64,000 nucleotides of DNA from Terriglobia bacterium (GTDB lineage: Bacteria > Acidobacteriota > Terriglobia > JAIQFV01): contig JAIQFY010000022.1 of assembly GCA_020072965.1 (NCBI GenBank), positions 10,891 through 74,890 of the forward strand, given 5' to 3'. The notes under the pieces are model-generated. The model was given only the letters and a program-made list of their open reading frames with translations. It was not told where the DNA came from and did not search any database. Both the position numbers and the translations under genes were made by a program. Position 1 is the first letter of the stretch; the number at the start of each line of letters is the position of its first letter. Below are positions 41,646 through 50,504 of this stretch, piece after piece.

Positions 41646-41895
41646 TGCGAAATGACCTCGTCCGTTCCGTGGATTGCCTTCTGCCGGTTTGACTCGCGCC
41701 TTTTCTTAAGAATGCCAATTCGACGCCTCTTTCCACCCGGCGGTCTAAACGCTTATTCTATCTTTTTTGTTTGTCAAACTCGACGGAGAAACCTACAATT
41801 TAAAAACTGGGGTGAGCGCTTCCCATCAGTTGAAGAGAGTTCAGGCGCTAGAATGGACCTTGCACAGTATTTGCCGGGGGGAAATCAACGGTTCT

Positions 41896-42429
41896 ATGAA
41901 GCAGCTCAAGCTTTTCATCCTTGGCATCGTCGTGATCCTGGTGGGGTTTGCGTGGTACTTTTCCCAGAAGGGTGAATCGCAAGACCAACCCGCTGAAGTG
42001 GGGAAGTCGGCTCCGGACTTCTCGCTGAAGAATGCCGCCGGGCAGAGTGTGCGTCTCTCTGATTATCGCGGAAAATTTGTTGTATTGAATTTTTGGGGAA
42101 CCTGGTGTCCCCCCTGCGTGGAGGAAGCACCTTATCTGGAGCAGTTGAACCAGCGCTTCGTGGCAACGTTCCCTCAGAGAATTACTGTTCTGACTGTAAG
42201 CGTTGACACTGCTTGGGAACCGGTCAACAAGTTTTCACACGAGCACAACCTTTCCTTCCCCATTTTGCTCGATACCCACCAATCAGTCCCTCATCAATAT
42301 GGGACCTTTAAGTACCCGGAGACGTATATTATTGATCCTTCGGGCATCGTCCGTGGTAAGATCATAGGCGCTTATAACTGGATGGCTCCCGAGGCGCTGC
42401 AATATTTTGATTCTTTATTGCGCTCGTAA
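41896..42429 (+). CDS. TlpA/ResA-like membrane-anchored thiol-disulfide oxidoreductase
   Basis: TM anchor, APDFSL, LNFWGTWCPPC, YPETYIID. Confidence 0.9.
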   Translation: MKQLKLFILGIVVILVGFAWYFSQKGESQDQPAEVGKSAPDFSLKNAAGQSVRLSDYRGKFVVLNFWGTWCPPCVEEAPYLEQLNQRFVATFPQRITVLTVSVDTAWEPVNKFSHEHNLSFPILLDTHQSVPHQYGTFKYPETYIIDPSGIVRGKIIGAYNWMAPEALQYFDSLLRS

Positions 42430-42579
42430 GGGGACTTTCCCCGGCCGCCTTGTTCGAGGAAATGAGAAATAAACCTGGCACTAGGGCCAACTTTTTCTTG
42501 GGTTTAAGAATCTCACAGAACGGGGAGACAGAGGAAAGAGTCAAGCATTCTGGTACCATCAACCAAAAAGGAAAAAGCC

Positions 42580-43641
42580 ATGAAAACAACCACTAGAGGA
42601 ATTCAACGGTGGATCGTAGTGTTCATGGGTCTCGGGGCCCTATTGACCATCCTGCCTGAACTGGTATTGGGTCAACCTTACATTTCAACCAAGGGCGGTT
42701 TGATCAATGTGATCGAGGGTCGGGTGGAAGTCCACAGTGCCCGAGATATGCGGTGGGAGAAAGCCCGGCCATTGTTGCAGCTCCGACAGGGTGATGAGCT
42801 AAGAGTTCATGAAAACAGCCGCGCCGAAATGCTGCTGAACCCGGGTTCCTTTGCACGTTTGGGACCGGAGTCTGCCGCGCGACTGGTCAATGATCGGCTG
42901 ACAGAACTTTCTTTGGAAGTGGTGTCTGGCTCCCTGGAGATAGAAGCGGGGAATGTCAAGTCCATCGGACACATTGATGTCTCCGTATTCGGCCACTTGT
43001 TCAGTATCATGAAAGACGGCATTTATCGTTTTGATGTGAGCGATCCCGGGCCTGCGACGGCAAGGGTCTTTCGAGGTGAGATGGTCACCGTTTCCGCCAA
43101 TGGGAAGACGACCCGGATTAAGAAATCCTCCCAGGCAACCATTGCCGGCGCCAACGCCACCCTGGCCGTTGGTCGCTTCGACACAAAACAAATGGACAGC
43201 CTGAGTGAATGGAGCGCCTTCCGGGCGGGGCAGTTGGCGCAATCCAATCGCGGCGTGATCCGATCATTTTCACAAGGATATTATCCGGGAGGTTATTACG
43301 GATATTATGGGGCCGGGATATACGGCTTGGGCTGCGGGTGGTTTTATGACCCGTTCTTCAGCTTCTATACTTTTATGCCATGTCGCAACGACTTTTTTTC
43401 CCCTTATGGCGGATACCTGTTTTCACCCATTGTTGTCGTCTCGAACGGGGGCCATCACGGAATTGGCACAAGTCGTAGCGAAGGAACCGCGCGGGGCCAC
43501 GAGTCCATAGGCTCCAGTTCAGGTGGCGGATTTACGCCGAGTTCTTCGTCCTCTGTAGGGCCGTCGGCGGTCGGTTCTCCTTCGGGCGGGACATCGCGCT
43601 CGGAGGGTGGCGCACGTTCACCGACCCCGATTCGCCATTGA
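42580..43641 (+). CDS. Secreted FecR-like domain protein with an aromatic/Gly/Ser-rich tail
   Basis: Signal peptide; GDELRV...RAEM...GSFARLGPES beta-rich FecR-like pattern; low-complexity C-terminus. Confidence 0.6.
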   Translation: MKTTTRGIQRWIVVFMGLGALLTILPELVLGQPYISTKGGLINVIEGRVEVHSARDMRWEKARPLLQLRQGDELRVHENSRAEMLLNPGSFARLGPESAARLVNDRLTELSLEVVSGSLEIEAGNVKSIGHIDVSVFGHLFSIMKDGIYRFDVSDPGPATARVFRGEMVTVSANGKTTRIKKSSQATIAGANATLAVGRFDTKQMDSLSEWSAFRAGQLAQSNRGVIRSFSQGYYPGGYYGYYGAGIYGLGCGWFYDPFFSFYTFMPCRNDFFSPYGGYLFSPIVVVSNGGHHGIGTSRSEGTARGHESIGSSSGGGFTPSSSSSVGPSAVGSPSGGTSRSEGGARSPTPIRH

Positions 43642-43702
43642 ACCGTTAAGGGTGAGCCCGTACTTTTGCGAAGCGCAATGGGCCGCTCGAAGAATAGAAA
43701 AC

Positions 43703-43735
43703 AAAAAATCCTCACGAAGTTTGTGGGGATTTTTT
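43703..43735 (+). terminator. Intrinsic terminator, probably bidirectional
   Basis: AAAAAATCCTCACGA-AGT-TTGTGGGGATTTTTT. Confidence 0.75.
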
Positions 43736-43758
43736 ATGGGTAAACTTCCGGGGTTTCC

Positions 43759-43788
43759 TTGACTCCCTGCGAAAGTGCCCGCTAGAAT
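43759..43788 (+). promoter_or_regulatory. sigma70 promoter of cysS
   Basis: TTGACT-N18-TAGAAT. Confidence 0.55.
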
Positions 43789-43853
43789 GATTGAGCGAGG
43801 GTTTGGGTTTGAGGTCTCCAGGGGCGTTCAGGGGATCCAATTCCGACGGTCCA

Positions 43854-45251
43854 ATGCTCAAATTGAAGGATACCTTAACCGGGAAGCTTCAGGATTTCCA
43901 GCCTTTGGAAGGCAACCACGTCCGCATGTACGCCTGCGGTCCGACCGTCTACGATTTTGCCCATATCGGCAACTTCCGGACCTATGTGTACGAAGATATC
44001 CTGCGCCGGTGGCTGAAGTTCAAAGGCTACCAACTCACCCACGTTATGAATATTACGGACGTCGATGATAAGACGATCCGGGACTCGAAGGCGAAGGAGC
44101 TGGCCCAGCTTCGGGCATACACCGAAAGGTACGCCCGCTGCTTCTTCGAAGATTGCATGGCCCTTTCCATCGAACGCCCCGATAAGGTGGTGAATGCTAC
44201 GGACCATATCCCCGACATGGTCCATCTCATCCAAAAGCTGGTTGAAAGCGGGCATGCTTACAAAAAAGACGACTCGTATTACTTTAAAATATCCACGTAC
44301 CCCAAGTATGGTCAGCTCGCTAAATTGGACTTTGACGGCATGAAAATCGGGGCCAGTGTGGATATAGATGAGTATGAGAAGGAGGATGTCCGCGACTTTG
44401 CATTGTGGAAAGCGCCGAAGGATGAGGAACCCTTTTGGGACACGCCCATCGGGAAGGGGCGTCCCGGCTGGCATATTGAGTGCTCGGCCATGTCCATGCA
44501 CTATCTCGGGGCCTCCTTCGACATCCACTGCGGGGCCGTCGACAACATATTTCCACATCACGAAAACGAAATCGCCCAAAGCGAATGTGCCACCGGAAAA
44601 CCGTTTGTCCGATTATGGCTGCACGGGGAACACCTGATGGTGAACGGCGAGAAGATGTCGAAATCCAAGGGAAATTTCTTTACTTTGCGCGATTTGCTCG
44701 GCAAGGGAGATTCACCGCGGGCCATCCGGTACACCCTCTCCTCGGTCCCATACCGGAAGCCGCTCAACTTTACTTCGGAGTCGGTGCAGCAGGCGCAGAG
44801 CGCAATCGGGCGCCTGGAAGAGTTTTTGCTACGCTTTGAAACGGACACATTCCCCGAGGGTGTCAATGAACGCGTAGAAGAGGCCTGCCGCACCGCTCGC
44901 GACAAGTTCGTGGCCGGCCTGGATGACGATCTGAACACGGCCGGGGCTCTGGGCGCGATCTTTGAATTCGTCCGACAAGGAAATACCGCAATAGGGGAGG
45001 GGAGTCTTTGCCAGGGAAACGTGGCCTCCATCAGTACTTTGTTCGATGACTTCCAGGCCATCTTCCCCGTCCTCAAAGATCCCACCCGCCAGATTCTCGA
45101 CTCCCAAATTGAAGCGTTGATTGCCGAACGAAACCAGGCGCGCCGCGAACGGAACTTCAAGAAGGCCGATGAAATCCGTGATCAATTGCTTGCACAGGGG
45201 ATCATTCTGGAAGATACTAGAGCGGGTTTGAGATGGAAGCGAAAAGAATGA
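43854..45251 (+). CDS. cysS: Cysteine--tRNA ligase
   Basis: CGPTVY, HIGN, DFALWK, GRPGWHIECSAM, FPHHENE, KMSKS. Confidence 0.97.
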   Translation: MLKLKDTLTGKLQDFQPLEGNHVRMYACGPTVYDFAHIGNFRTYVYEDILRRWLKFKGYQLTHVMNITDVDDKTIRDSKAKELAQLRAYTERYARCFFEDCMALSIERPDKVVNATDHIPDMVHLIQKLVESGHAYKKDDSYYFKISTYPKYGQLAKLDFDGMKIGASVDIDEYEKEDVRDFALWKAPKDEEPFWDTPIGKGRPGWHIECSAMSMHYLGASFDIHCGAVDNIFPHHENEIAQSECATGKPFVRLWLHGEHLMVNGEKMSKSKGNFFTLRDLLGKGDSPRAIRYTLSSVPYRKPLNFTSESVQQAQSAIGRLEEFLLRFETDTFPEGVNERVEEACRTARDKFVAGLDDDLNTAGALGAIFEFVRQGNTAIGEGSLCQGNVASISTLFDDFQAIFPVLKDPTRQILDSQIEALIAERNQARRERNFKKADEIRDQLLAQGIILEDTRAGLRWKRKE

Positions 45252-45456
45252 TCCTGTGTTCCCCCTCCGGTTTGGCATGGACCTGCCATCGTCCCCTCGA
45301 TGTGCGCCCGAATTTATTTAGCGGCGATTAGCCCGGGCTTCGAATCCCCCTACTGATCCGTCCCCTTGTGAAAACTTTGATCGCACGGGGTTCCCTGATG
45401 GACAAGTGCCTTTGTAAGAAGGCATCCGGTTCGAAACTATTCCTGAAGTTCGAATT

Positions 45457-46809
45457 TTGGAGGTTCCTATGGCAATAAAGAGTTTACTCCCACGGATCAA
45501 AACCAAGCTCCCGGGCCCCAAGGCGAAACAAGTCCTTGCGGGGGATCGGAAGTTCGTATCCCCCTCTTATACACGTCCTTATCCCTTGGTCATGAAACGT
45601 GGCCGCGGCGCCATGGTGGAGGATGTGGACGGCAACACATTCCTCGATTTCAGCGCCGGAATTGCGGTCTGTTCGACCGGGCATGCGCATCCCGAGATTG
45701 TGGCCGCGATTCAAAAGCAAGCGGCGGATTTCATCCATATGTCCGGAACGGATTTCTATTATCCCCAGATGGTGGAGCTGGCTCAAAAGCTTGCGGATTC
45801 CGTTCCCGGAAAAGCACCCCGAAAGGTCTATTTCGGCAACTCCGGTGCGGAGGCCATTGAAGCGGCCATGAAGGTGGCCCGTTTTCACACCAAACGCGAC
45901 AAATTCATCGCCTTCTATGGCGCCTTTCACGGCCGCACTTTCGGCGCCTTGTCGCTCACAGCGAGTAGGGTCACTCAGCGCCGGGGGTTCAGCCCACTGG
46001 TCCCGGGTGTAACGCATATTCCCTACGGTTATTGTTATCGTTGTCCCTATAATCTCACGCCGCAAACGTGCTCCATTGATTGCGGGACGTTCCTCCGCGA
46101 TGTGGTCTTCAAGACCACGGTCCCCCCCGAGGAGGTCGCTGCCATTTTTGTGGAACCGATTCTTGGTGAAGGGGGTTACGTCATTCCACCGGTCGAGTTC
46201 CTGCAGGAGCTGAAATCCATTTGTGAGGACTACGGCATCCTGTTTGTGGCGGATGAAGTGCAGAGCGGAATGGGACGCACCGGCAAGATGTGGGCCATTG
46301 AACATTTTGGCATTGAGCCCGATATCCTGTGCACCGCCAAGGGGCTGGCGTCGGGCATGCCCATCGGTGTCATGATCGCCCGTTCCGACCTGATGAACTG
46401 GCCCCCGGGAGCTCACGCTTCAACGTTCGGGGGAAACCCCGTCTCCTGCGCCGCGGCGCTGGCTACTATCAAATTGCTGGAAGAGCAGTATACGGAGAAT
46501 GCCGCGCGCATTGGAAAGTATATTCTGGAGAAGATCTCCGATTGGCCAAGAACTCATCCGCTGGTGGGTGAGGTGCGGGGACTGGGGCTCATGGTCGCCA
46601 TCGAATTGGTTCGCGACAAGAACACTCGTGTGAAGGCGCATGAGGAACGCGATCAAGTGCTCCAGGAAGCCTTTAAGCGGGGATTGCTGATCCTCGGGTG
46701 CGGTGAAAACGTGGTCCGTCTCATGCCTCCGCTTTTGATCGATCAGCGTCAAGCGGATGTCGCTGTCGAAATTCTTGAAGAGGTGCTTACCCGGACCGAG
46801 CGGCGATGA
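45457..46809 (+). CDS. Class III PLP aminotransferase (acetylornithine/4-aminobutyrate family)
   Basis: NSGAEA, FHGRT, ADEVQSGMGRTG, AKG, STFGGNP. Confidence 0.92.
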   Translation: MEVPMAIKSLLPRIKTKLPGPKAKQVLAGDRKFVSPSYTRPYPLVMKRGRGAMVEDVDGNTFLDFSAGIAVCSTGHAHPEIVAAIQKQAADFIHMSGTDFYYPQMVELAQKLADSVPGKAPRKVYFGNSGAEAIEAAMKVARFHTKRDKFIAFYGAFHGRTFGALSLTASRVTQRRGFSPLVPGVTHIPYGYCYRCPYNLTPQTCSIDCGTFLRDVVFKTTVPPEEVAAIFVEPILGEGGYVIPPVEFLQELKSICEDYGILFVADEVQSGMGRTGKMWAIEHFGIEPDILCTAKGLASGMPIGVMIARSDLMNWPPGAHASTFGGNPVSCAAALATIKLLEEQYTENAARIGKYILEKISDWPRTHPLVGEVRGLGLMVAIELVRDKNTRVKAHEERDQVLQEAFKRGLLILGCGENVVRLMPPLLIDQRQADVAVEILEEVLTRTERR

Positions 46810-46921
46810 GTGAACGAGAGATCCTTTCTCGCCGAGTACCCTGTTCTGCTGGTTGAAGAAATACCCCCCCACAGGGTGGAAGCATTTATCCCGGCTGAAG
46901 GGCCCGTTGCGGGGGGGGGAA

Positions 46922-47392
46922 ATGACTACAGCGTGGCAAAAGCTCAAAAAGGGCCTGACGGAGTGCTGGAATTCAGGGCGCGGGTGGTTTCTCCGTGTCG
47001 ATTCTCTGTCGCCAACGGACCCGCACAACCCGCTTATCCTGGGCCGCCGCGGCGAACGGGCGGCCTTCATATTTTTGCAACATCTGGGGTACATGATTGT
47101 GTCTCGGAATTTCAGGACAGTTCACGGGGAGATTGATTTGGTCGCCTGGGATCGTGATATACTCTGCTTCGTTGAAGTAAAAACACGGGCCACAACTGAC
47201 CACGGGCGGCCCGAAGAGGCTGTGACCGCTTTCAAACAGAGGCAGATTCTGAAAACCTCCCTCGATTACCTGCGACAAGGCAACTTGCACCCCGTGAATA
47301 TCCGATTCGACATTGTTTCCGTTCAGTTCAGTTCGGACGGGACCCCGGCCTGTCAGCTGACCGCGCGAGCATTCGGACCCGGGATGAACTAG
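46922..47392 (+). CDS. yraN: YraN (UPF0102) PD-(D/E)xK nuclease
   Basis: LGRRGE, RNFR...GEIDLVA...FVEVKTR, RFDIV. Confidence 0.9.
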   Translation: MTTAWQKLKKGLTECWNSGRGWFLRVDSLSPTDPHNPLILGRRGERAAFIFLQHLGYMIVSRNFRTVHGEIDLVAWDRDILCFVEVKTRATTDHGRPEEAVTAFKQRQILKTSLDYLRQGNLHPVNIRFDIVSVQFSSDGTPACQLTARAFGPGMN

Positions 47393-47433
47393 TCTCTGTG
47401 AATTTCCCTCTTGAAAGGAGCCCATAAAAGGAA

Positions 47434-48435
47434 ATGCCGGAATTTAGAAAGGATCCCGTGACAGGGCGATGGGTTATCATCGCCACCGAGCGCTCGAAGC
47501 GGCCGACTGACTTTGTCCGCGAAGCCGTGGAAATCAAAGGGGCAAACAACTGCCCGTTCTGCCCTGGGAATGAAACCAAGACCCCACCGGAAGTCCTGGC
47601 CTACCGGTCGAATGGGAGTGCGCCGAATTCCGCCGGCTGGAGACTCCGGGTTGTGCCTAACAAATTTCCAGTCCTTGGCATTGAAGGAGAACTCAACAAA
47701 CAGGGCGAGGGGTTGTTCGATAAAATGAACGGCATTGGAGCCCATGAGGTCATCATCGAGACACCGGGGCACGATAAAACATTCGCGTCGATGACCGAAA
47801 AGGAAATTGAAGATGTTTTGTGGTCGTTTCGCGATCGGATGCTGGACTTGAAGAAGGACCGTCGATTTCGCTATATCCTGATTTTTAAGAACCACGGAGC
47901 GGCGGCAGGAGCCTCGCTGGAACATACTCACTCCCAACTGATCGCTTTGCCAATCGTACCCAAACGCGTGCGCGAGGAGGTCGACGGCGCAAGGAAATAT
48001 TTCGAGCTCAAAGAACGATGTGTCTATTGCGACATTATTCACCAGGAACGCGAACACGGAGTTCGTATTATCCTTGAGAACAAGGATTTTGTGATAACAT
48101 CCCCTTACGCGCCGCGATTCCCGTTTGAAGCGCATATCCTTCCGAAGGTCCATGATTCCTGTTTCGAAGAAGCACAAAGCTATGAATATGAAAGCCTGGC
48201 GAAGATTACTAGGGAATTGGTCGCCCGAATGGAAAAGGTCCTGGAGCGTCCGGCATACAACCTGATGATCCACACCTCTCCCTTTGGGGAAGAACGGAAT
48301 GATTTCTATCACTGGCATATTGAGTTCATGCCGAAACTCACCAAGGTGGCGGGTTTTGAGTGGGGAACCGGGTTCTATATTAATCCAACACCGCCCGAAG
48401 AGGCCGCCAAGTTTCTGCGAGATGCAGCGGTTTAA
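47434..48435 (+). CDS. galT: Galactose-1-phosphate uridylyltransferase family protein
   Basis: CPFCPGNE, VVPNKFP, HEVIIET, GASLEHTHSQ (HxHxQ), AGFE. Confidence 0.92.
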   Translation: MPEFRKDPVTGRWVIIATERSKRPTDFVREAVEIKGANNCPFCPGNETKTPPEVLAYRSNGSAPNSAGWRLRVVPNKFPVLGIEGELNKQGEGLFDKMNGIGAHEVIIETPGHDKTFASMTEKEIEDVLWSFRDRMLDLKKDRRFRYILIFKNHGAAAGASLEHTHSQLIALPIVPKRVREEVDGARKYFELKERCVYCDIIHQEREHGVRIILENKDFVITSPYAPRFPFEAHILPKVHDSCFEEAQSYEYESLAKITRELVARMEKVLERPAYNLMIHTSPFGEERNDFYHWHIEFMPKLTKVAGFEWGTGFYINPTPPEEAAKFLRDAAV

Positions 48436-48574
48436 TTGAATTCGACACATCCTTCAGAGTTCGGGAGGGAGTCAGTGAGACGCCTGCCCGAAATCAAGAG
48501 GCATTCCACAGCGAACCAAAAATCCGGGATCAGCATTCAGGCCGTCGAACGTTCCATTAGGAGTATCACGTATC

Positions 48575-48603
48575 TTGACAATTCTGAGGGTGCTCACTAG
48601 AAT
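48575..48603 (+). promoter_or_regulatory. Near-consensus sigma70 promoter of the tRNA genes
   Basis: TTGACA-N17-TAGAAT. Confidence 0.75.
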
Positions 48604-48663
48604 GGACGCGGACCAGAAAAGCAGCGATAATCGACGGATTCATGGTTCTTTGAGGCGTGTTGG

Positions 48664-48739
<76 letters not shown>

Positions 48740-48885
48740 GATTCCCGCATTGAGTTTAGGCAGGCGACAAAGGAACCGTCAGACTTCTCAGCCTGACATC
48801 AACTTAAAAGAGAGCTTTTGCGCCTGCCTAATCGAAAAATGGATTCGAAAGAATCCATTTTTTTGTCAGGCGCCTTTCGGAAACC

Positions 48886-48960
48886 GGCGGCGTAGCCAAG
48901 TGGTAAGGCAGAAGTCTGCAAAACTTCTATTCACCCGTTCGATTCGGGTCGCCGCCTCCA
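48886..48960 (+). tRNA. tRNA-Cys(GCA)
   Basis: Acceptor stem GGCGGCG/CGCCGCC, anticodon arm GAAGT-CTGCAAA-ACTTC, GTTCGATTC, CCA end. Confidence 0.96.
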
Positions 48961-49183
48961 TTCAAGACCCTCTTCCAATTACATCTCCCTTACGGGGATT
49001 CTAACCCGCCCGGACCGCTCGGTTTTTTCTTCCTGCGCATACCATCTTCTGATAGATTTCCGTCCTGGACACTATGTGGACCTTTCCTTTTACTGAACCA
49101 CCTCACTTGAACTTCGATTCCGAAAAAGGTCATTCACGGAAGGACGTAAGGCGAACTTTGGTTTCAAGGCTGAAAGGACAAAT

Positions 49184-49975
49184 ATGGATCTCGGGATAGC
49201 AGGGAAAAGGGCATTGGTCGCCGCGGCCAGCCATGGCCTGGGGAAGGCTGCGGCCATGGAACTGGCGAGGGAGGGAGCGCGCCTGGTCATCTGTTCGCGC
49301 GATCAGGCGGCCATCGAGAGTGCGGCAGAGGAGATTCGTGCCGCCACCAACACGGAGGTCTTGCCGGTGGTCGCTGACGTCACACAGGTCCCTGATATTG
49401 AACGATTGATCGACCATGCCATGGCCCGGTTCGGGGGGATAGATATCCTGGTGACCAACGCCGGAGGCCCTCCGGCCACGACTTTTGCCACAACGCCTCC
49501 CGAAGCCTGGCACACGGCATTCGACTTGACGCTGATGAGCGCAGTGAATCTTTGCCGCGCCCTGGTTCCCCAGATGCGACAACGACAATGGGGGAGAATC
49601 ATCTTTATCACCTCGATCACCGTAAAACAACCCTCCGGGAACTTGTTACTGTCGAACGTGATCCGCACGGCGATCACCGGGCTTTCAAAGAGCCTGTCGA
49701 ACGAATTTGCCACCGATAACGTGTTGGTCAATTCTGTTCTTCCCGGCTATACCTTCACGGAGCGGATGTCGGAACTCTCTGAAGCACAAGCCCAGACGCG
49801 AGGTGTTTCCAAAGACCAGATCATCGCCGAGTGGGTCCAGCAAATCCCCATGCGTCGCCTCGGGAAGCCAGAGGAATTGGGGGCGCTGATTGCGTTTCTG
49901 GCCTCGGAACGCGCCAGCTATATAACGGGGGCGGCGATCCAGGTTGATGGGGGATATATAAAGGGTATTTATTGA
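49184..49975 (+). CDS. SDR family oxidoreductase (3-oxoacyl-ACP reductase-like subgroup)
   Basis: AASHGLG, TNAGGP, SNVIR in place of YxxxK, ASYITG...VDGG. Confidence 0.88.
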   Translation: MDLGIAGKRALVAAASHGLGKAAAMELAREGARLVICSRDQAAIESAAEEIRAATNTEVLPVVADVTQVPDIERLIDHAMARFGGIDILVTNAGGPPATTFATTPPEAWHTAFDLTLMSAVNLCRALVPQMRQRQWGRIIFITSITVKQPSGNLLLSNVIRTAITGLSKSLSNEFATDNVLVNSVLPGYTFTERMSELSEAQAQTRGVSKDQIIAEWVQQIPMRRLGKPEELGALIAFLASERASYITGAAIQVDGGYIKGIY

Positions 49976-50444
49976 ACCTGAGTTCTGCGCCCCCCCCCAG
50001 GTAACGCGCCGTTTTGAATGGCCTTGGTTTTCAGCCCCATTCCTCAATCTTTCTGTAGATTCCCCTGCTGAATAAGCTGCTAAAGCACTTGACTTGGCTG
50101 ACCAAAGAGAGTCAAATGAGGTGAGCCACTGGGAAGGGCCCTTTCGCCGATGAATTTAAGGCTATGAGGGGTGTCCAGCTTCGGGTGACCTGATTCATGT
50201 TTTTCCCATTGGAATTCAACACGATGTAGAATTCCCCTCTCGTGAAAGGCAACTTCCTCCAGATCCATCGAAAGCGATAAGCGGTGTCTAGATTGTGGCT
50301 GCGAGATCCTCAAATTTTGCGTTGACGGCGGTTGTCGCGTGGAAAACTGGTATGCCCGGGCTCATCTAACAAGAGGTGATTCCCGGGGAGTTCTGTTGCA
50401 AGGAATGTAAGTTCTTTTAGCCATACTAATCATCATCGTCATTC

Positions 50445-50493
50445 GGCCGAGTTGCCGAGGAGAAGTTAATCCTGGCAATTCGGCCTTTTTTTT
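50445..50493 (+). terminator. Intrinsic-terminator-like hairpin directly before an RBS (attenuator candidate)
   Basis: GGCCGAGTTGCC-G-AGGA...TCCT-GGCAATTCGGCC followed by T8, then AGGAGG and ATG 50505. Confidence 0.65.
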
Positions 50494-50504
50494 AGGAGGC
50501 CATT

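Noticed and set aside
47389-48450. 353-aa antisense ORF (likewise 1748-2569, 23664-24542, 45484-46416)
   Set aside because: These are shadow ORFs opposite well-supported genes, expected in GC-rich DNA.
49184-49975. Missing YxxxK as a sign of an SDR pseudogene
   Set aside because: SNxxR is a normal feature of this SDR subgroup, and the frame is intact.
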